DNA from: Salpingoeca rosetta | Lineage: Eukaryota; Protista; Choanoflagellata | Length of the DNA: 36,660 nt | NCBI GenBank assembly: GCA_033442325.1 | Contig: JAWQFM010000001.1 | Coordinates: 3,554,765-3,591,424, forward strand | Direction: 5' to 3' | In this document: positions 30,836-36,660 of the stretch, one piece after another | How the letters are laid out: each line of letters opens with the position of its first letter | How positions within the stretch are numbered: the first letter of the stretch is position 1 | Translations under genes and position numbers: made by a program | Notes under the pieces: generated by a model | Database searches by the model: none | Told to the model about the DNA's origin: nothing | Seen by the model: only the letters and a program-made list of their open reading frames with translations

Positions 30836-31482
30836 AAACAACGTACCTTTGGCGGGTTGAGCTCTGGGAGAGTTGGGAGCTGGGGCGACTCTGGCACTTC
30901 TTCGACGACGACATCAAGGTCGGCATCCGCGTCACTGAGCTCTGCACACAGCGCAAGCAAGCAACACAGAAGTGTCAGCACAGTTTGAATCAAAACCAAA
31001 GCGTGTGGCTGGTTCTCATGTGTGCACGGCAGTCGAAGTTGCAAATAAGCACCTGTCTCCAGAGGCACGTCTGTGCTGAGGCGCCATGGCGTGCCGCTGT
31101 AGTCCTGCTGAAACTGCTTGAATGTGTCCGGCGTCATCTTGACAATGGCCATGCAGTACTGGGAGGATGCGTCCTCGCCCTGCCGCTTGTGCGGGCGGTG
31201 GCGATAATGGAAACACAAGAAGCCGCCACCATGCTCAATCTGGTGCTCAAACACAATCCTCAGATCTAACAACCGCGGCGACAGCGGGCAACACGTTGCA
31301 GTGAGGCGTGGATGAGACGGACTTGGTGGGTTGTCGCTGCGTGTGCTTGGGAGGACACACGGGGCAGATCCGAGCAAGATCCAACATGGAAACACAACAC
31401 ACACACGCACGCACGCACGCACACACCAACCTCGCACAGTAAGCTTCGCTGGGATGGGATGGATTGCCGCATACACCACCAT
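28692..31482 (-). CDS. GPATCH3: G-patch domain-containing protein 3 orthologue, multi-exon; 3' end may extend into the gap
   Basis: Spliced motifs: PAKLTVR|DLRIVFEHQIEHGGGFLCFHYRHRP, LPELNPPK|SMPNGNVGTP..ELIRTCQLPP, EEWDRH..QERSKDRLFEK, WDKGDASALVWYTDAAYWDAQQGDFDERNADEYDVD, and G-patch FERHTRGVGSMILRKHGWRAGEGVG..GIGY. All match GPATCH3 blocks as I recall them. Confidence 0.85.
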
Positions 31483-31847
31483 TCATCCACGTCGTCGACA
31501 TCCAGTGCGCCTGATGTGACGATGAGCGAGTGTGTGAGTGTGAGTGTGTGAGTGTGAGTGCGTGTGTGTGTGTGTGTGTGAGTGTGTGAGTGCGAGGAAG
31601 AACATCATTCACGAGGAGCAAGCAACCAGCGAGCTCGTCATCGTCATCATCATCACACCTGCTGCGTCAAGTTTTGGAAAAGCATTGTGCTCTTGCTGCT
31701 CTTTGTTGTTGTTGTTGTTGTTGTTCCCCCCTGCATACACACACCACACCACACCCACCCACCCGCACACCACCCACCTCCCACACACCCCTGTCTTTCA
31801 AACACACACACACACACACACACACGCACGCGCGCGGACAGGCAGTC

Positions 31848-33238
31848 ATGGCAGATGCAAGGCCACGCCGTCGCCGTCGCACGGTCGACCTGAGTGGACG
31901 GCTGGCGTCATCATCGCGCGTGCAGACGCTGGACCGACACCAACACCAGCAACAACCGCCACAGCAACAGCCACAGCAACAACCACAACAACAACCACAA
32001 CAACAGCAGTACCCACGACAGCAGCCATACCATCATCAACAGCAGCCACAGCAGCCGCCACAACACCTGCCACAACAACAAGCGCGGGCATCCCGCGGGT
32101 CGCTCGCACAGGCGGGTCGGCGAGAAGGCTCAACACAGTACCAGCCCCGCGCGCCACCGACGCTCGCGGAGACCTCCCACCGAGGGTCACGCGGGTCATT
32201 TCAGCAGACACAGCAGGCACGGCCGCGCCCCATTCAGCTCGCGCCGCCGCCACCGCCCCCATCCTCATCGCAGTCCTCAGCATCATCGGCACCGGTCGTG
32301 CGCACGGCTGCAACGCGGACGCAGCGGCCAAGCAACGCCGCAGACAGCTACGCCCACCAGCAGCGGCGGCAGCAGCAGCCTGTTCAAGTGCGGAAGCAGC
32401 CCAGAGAGACACAGTACGATCCATATGCGTTCGCACAGCACCAACAGCTGCGGCAACAACGGCCTTCCTTGCGACCACTTCAAAGCAAGCCACAACAATC
32501 ACAAGCGCCACCACACCAACAACAGCAGCAGCAGCAGCAGCAGCAACAACAACAACAACAACAACAGAGGTTACAGTCGGGCGGGACCGATGCATTCTTC
32601 TCCGAACTGCCGGATCACCAAGGAGCATTTGGTAAGAGATCAACTGCACTCCCGCTTGTGCTTGTCTTGGATTGTGACTGATGCACTGCGTGTTTGCCCC
32701 ATTGCTTCGTTCATGTTGCACATGCTCCACCCTGCCTGCTGGCCTCCCTCCCTCTCTCTCTCTCTCTCTCTCACTCCTTTCTTTCCTTCCTTCACGCACA
32801 CACCCACTCGCTCAATCACGTGTCTTTGGTGCAGCTGGGCGGGAGTCCATTTCGTTTGACACTCATGAGGAGCCCGAAGGCACCAACGACGCCGGCCAGT
32901 CCGAGTACCTCATCACGGACTTCAGTGACCAGCTGGACAAGCAGAATGAGGTCGGGCCATGTGCGCACGTGGTCATGCCGTGTGTCTTGTGCAGTTTGCT
33001 GCGCGTGGTCGGAACAGGTGGTGCCCCTTGTTCTTGTGTGCTGCGACTGTAATCAATGTGCGCTCACATGTGTGTGTGTGCCGCTCGTGGCCTTGGTAGT
33101 CGGACGAACCGCCCATCAACATTGACCTCGAACCCGAGCACACATACACATCCCAGCAAGAACGGTGCACACAACCATATTGTCTGTGCCTGTGCCTGTG
33201 TGTGTGTGCGTGTGTGTGTGTGTGTGTGTGTGCCTGTG

Positions 33239-33318
<80 letters not shown>

Positions 33319-34273
33319 ATTTCAGCATTTGGCTTTGCTCAACCCCCGTTCGCTGTTGCGTATTGATGGACCAAACTCACCGCCCCTTGCCATGCCGCCT
33401 TGTGTCATGATCGCCTTGCTCCAACAGCGTGACGCAACGACGGTCGAGCCAAATGCTTGCAGGCATCATGGACAAGCGCGGCAACGCAACAAACGCAGCA
33501 GACGCCGTTGATCACCTTGGCGTCACCCGTATGTAGTTCTGTGTATGTATGTCTGTGTGTGTTTGTGTTTGTGTGTGTGTGTGTTTGTGTGTGTGCGTGT
33601 GTCTGTGTTTCTGTGTGTGTCTGTGTGTGTCTGTGTGTCTGTGTGTGTGTCTGTGTGTGTGTGTGTGTGCATGGCCCTTTCTGTCTGTCCATGCGCATGT
33701 TTGCGTCCCCTTCATTGTACGTATCGTCATGAGTGCCACCGCATCTCTCCCCGCCCCCTCAACCATCTCCACCAGCGCTGCACCGGGCTGCCCGCAACGG
33801 CGACGTCTACGCCGTCAAGTTTCTTCTCGAGGAAAACAAGCACGTGCACGCCCGCGCAAAGTGAGGCCACGGCTTGCAGTTGTCGCGCATGAACAAACAG
33901 CCACACACACACACACACACACACTCTCTCTCTCTCTCGTACTATTTGCTGACTCGCTCTTCCAACCCCATCATACCACCACCAATTGTGATATGGCGCC
34001 AACACCACCATCACCATCACCGTCATCATCATCATCATCATCGTCATCATCGTCATCATCATCATCATCATCGTCATCATCATCATCACCACCACCACCG
34101 TCATCATCGCGTGCAGCAACGGGGCGACGGCTGCGCACGATGCTGCGGCGTGCGGGAATGTGCAGTGCTTGAAGGCGCTGCTCACGTGGGACCCCTCCCT
34201 CGCACGCACGAAACTCCACGCGAACCAGCTCGGCCTCATCCACGTCGCCTCCATGGTACGAACACACGCTGCC

Positions 34274-34334
<61 letters not shown>

Positions 34335-34997
34335 CGTGCGTGTGTGTGCGTGCGTGCGTGTGTATACGTGTGTGTGTGCGTGCGTGTGTGTGCGTGTGTG
34401 TGCGTGCGTGCGTGTGTGTGCGTGCGTGATGAGAGTAAACCTGCATCGTGACCCCCCCTTCCGTTTGCCTGCGTTTGCGTGTTGGTTTCGGCGTTCTCGC
34501 CACGTCTCGTGTCGTGTCTCTCGCTGGCCTCACGCACGTTCCACCGCCTGCGCACACGTGTGCATCTCAGTTTGGCCAAGTGGACGTTGTGGAGTATTTG
34601 GCAAACAGCAAACTTGCAACCATCACCGAAGCAGCGGCCAATCTATCCACACCATGTACGCGCTTCCAATACATGCGTGGGTGTGTGTGTCGTGTGTCGT
34701 GTGTCGTGTGGTATTGCTCGTGTATCTGTCGCTCGTCTATTGGCTCTCGCTACATCCCCACCCCCTCACGTGTCCCCTTGCTCTTCCTCCCCCCCCCCCC
34801 ACACACACACACATCCCTCGTCCATCTGTCTGCCAGTGCACTACGCTGCGCTCGGGGGCCACGTTGAGGTCATCCGCTTGCTTGTGTCCCGCCTCGCCTC
34901 TGCCCAGATCAACGCCCGCAACCACGACGGCGGTGGGTGCAGCTGGCGTGCGCTCGAGGGGGAGACAGAGGGAGAGAGGGAGGGAGGGAGGGGAGGG

Positions 34998-35085
<88 letters not shown>

Positions 35086-35900
35086 CACACACACACAGAC
35101 ACACACAGACACACAGACACACACAGACACACACACAGACACACACACACACAGACACACACACACAGAGCACATAACCGCCTCACGGTACTTTGTGCAA
35201 TGATGTGTCCCATGCTACACTGCAGCAACTGCGCTGCACCGGGCCGTGGTGTCGAACCATCTCGATTGCGTCAAGGCGCTGGTGCAAGCGGGCGCAGACC
35301 TGCACCTCATTGCAGACGGCATTGACGCAATCCAACTCGCGGTGCGTCCCACGCTTGCCCTGACATGATGGCTATTGTCACAACACCCTCCTCGCTTTTC
35401 GATCTGCCGACATCTCACCCCTTGAACACCATTTCCCACCCCTCACCATCCCTTAAACTGCCCTTGAACCACTGAACGCCACCCACCACCCTGACGCGCC
35501 CCTGCACGCCGCCCACTACTGCAGGTCCGCCGCGGGCATCTGGAGATTGTTGAATATCTGCTGGAACAGCAGCCACAACTTCTTTTCCGCTGCACGCACG
35601 ACGGCGCAAGCTTATGGTGAGGCACATGCATGTGCGCAAGTGCATTGAATGGGTTTCATACACCTCAGAGACATACATACACGTACGCACGTGTCCACGT
35701 GTATGTTTGTACAAGGCGCTCACGCTCATGTATCTCACCACAACACTTGCTGCTCGCACTTCCCTTCTCTCTCTCTCTCTTCCTCCTCCTCATGTGTTCA
35801 GGCACTTTGCGTGTGCATCCGCCCATCCTGAGGTGTTGCGCTCTCTCTTCACATACGCGCAGCACAACAGCCTCGACCCAATGTCTGTGTGGACAGACAG
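31848..35900 (+). CDS. Ankyrin-repeat protein with Gln-rich N-terminus (about 7 ankyrin repeats); 3' end unresolved
   Basis: Phase-consistent exons: 31848-32631, 32835-32950, 33100-33164, 33428-33528, 33776-33860, 34117-34255, 34571-34655, 34837-34932, 35226-35341, 35525-35616, 35802-35900. Repeats: [86 protein letters not shown]. Confidence 0.88.
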
Positions 35901-35982
35901 GTGCGTTGCTGTGAACAGCCGTATGCGTGCGTGTGAGAATGCCACACCAAAGCACTCTTGCTGTTGGTGCTGTTGGTGGTGT

Positions 35983-36023
<41 letters not shown>

Positions 36024-36146
36024 GCGTGTGCGTGTGCGTATGTGTGTGTGTGTGCGTGTGTGCGTGTGCGTATGTGTGTGTGGTGTGGTGTGTATGTGTC
36101 TGGCTGCCTGTCGGTTTGTCTGTTTGTCTGTTTGGTCTGTTTGGTT

Positions 36147-36304
36147 CTTGTCCATGATACCTGCAAGCATATGTCTCGACCGTCGCTGCGTCACGCTGTT
36201 GGAGCGAGGCGATCATGACACACGGCGGCATGGCAAGGGGCGGTGAGTGTGTTCCATCAATATGCAACAGCGAGCGGGGGTTGAGCAAAGACAAATGTTG
36301 AAAT

Positions 36305-36383
<79 letters not shown>

Positions 36384-36519
36384 CACAGGCACACACACAC
36401 ACACACACACACGCACACACACACAGGCACAGGCACAGACAATATGGTTGTGTGCCACGTTCTTGTGGGGACATGTGCAGGGGGTTTGGTTTGGATTCAA
36501 TGAATCTGGACGGTTAGTC
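36147..36519 (-). pseudogene. Inverted, diverged copy of 33103-33476 (exon 3, intron, start of exon 4 of the ankyrin gene)
   Basis: The reverse complement aligns by eye (e.g. ctcaccgccccttgccatgccgcc, ctccaacagcgtgacgca, atcatggacaag). The homologous frame has a TAA and an altered donor (cg|gtgcac > cgtggcac). Confidence 0.8.
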
Positions 36520-36660
36520 GGCGTCGCAAGTGCCCCACCCCCCCACCAACACAGATGAGGCAATATTCCTCACAGTCAAAAGTGACATTATTTTGGGGCA
36601 AGACGTGGGGGGGGGGCTGAAGGAATTGTTGCGCAAGCAGCGCAACATACCACCACCGCC

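Noticed and set aside
34004-34108. (CAT)n/(CAC)n tract read as poly-His/Ser/Asp/Met
   Set aside because: It lies in the intron between ankyrin exons 33776-33860 and 34117-34255.
33103-36519. Inverted repeats as transposon terminal inverted repeats
   Set aside because: The left copy consists of needed exons of the host gene, the enclosed DNA encodes ankyrin repeats rather than a transposase, and no target-site duplication was seen.

Overview
Intron-rich eukaryotic genomic DNA (GT-AG introns packed with (CA)n/(GT)n microsatellites, GC-rich exons, one 100-N gap). The style suggests a choanoflagellate such as Salpingoeca rosetta; this is an inference, not a search result. Most ORFs in the six-frame track are microsatellite artefacts. 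Manual splicing gives eight genes in strictly alternating orientation (four head-to-head pairs): mitochondrial ribosomal protein mL59-like (-, partial); a very large protein with a low-complexity N-terminus, an LtrA-like multi-pass membrane domain and a degenerate cyclic-nucleotide-binding domain (+); a secreted GH31 glycosidase of the sulfoquinovosidase (YihQ) type (-); a bacterial-like short-chain dehydrogenase 142 bp away (+); a DDX59-type zf-HIT protein with no helicase (-); a phospholipase B-like protein cut by the gap (+); a GPATCH3 orthologue (-); and a Gln-rich ankyrin-repeat protein (+). Main leads: the LtrA-CNBD fusion, a possible sulfolipid-digestion gene pair or cluster, an inverted exon-intron-exon self-copy in the ankyrin gene, a GC-AG intron, and GT...CA complementary repeats within introns. 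Exon coordinates were read by eye and may be off by a few bases. Family assignments come from recalled motifs, not database searches.
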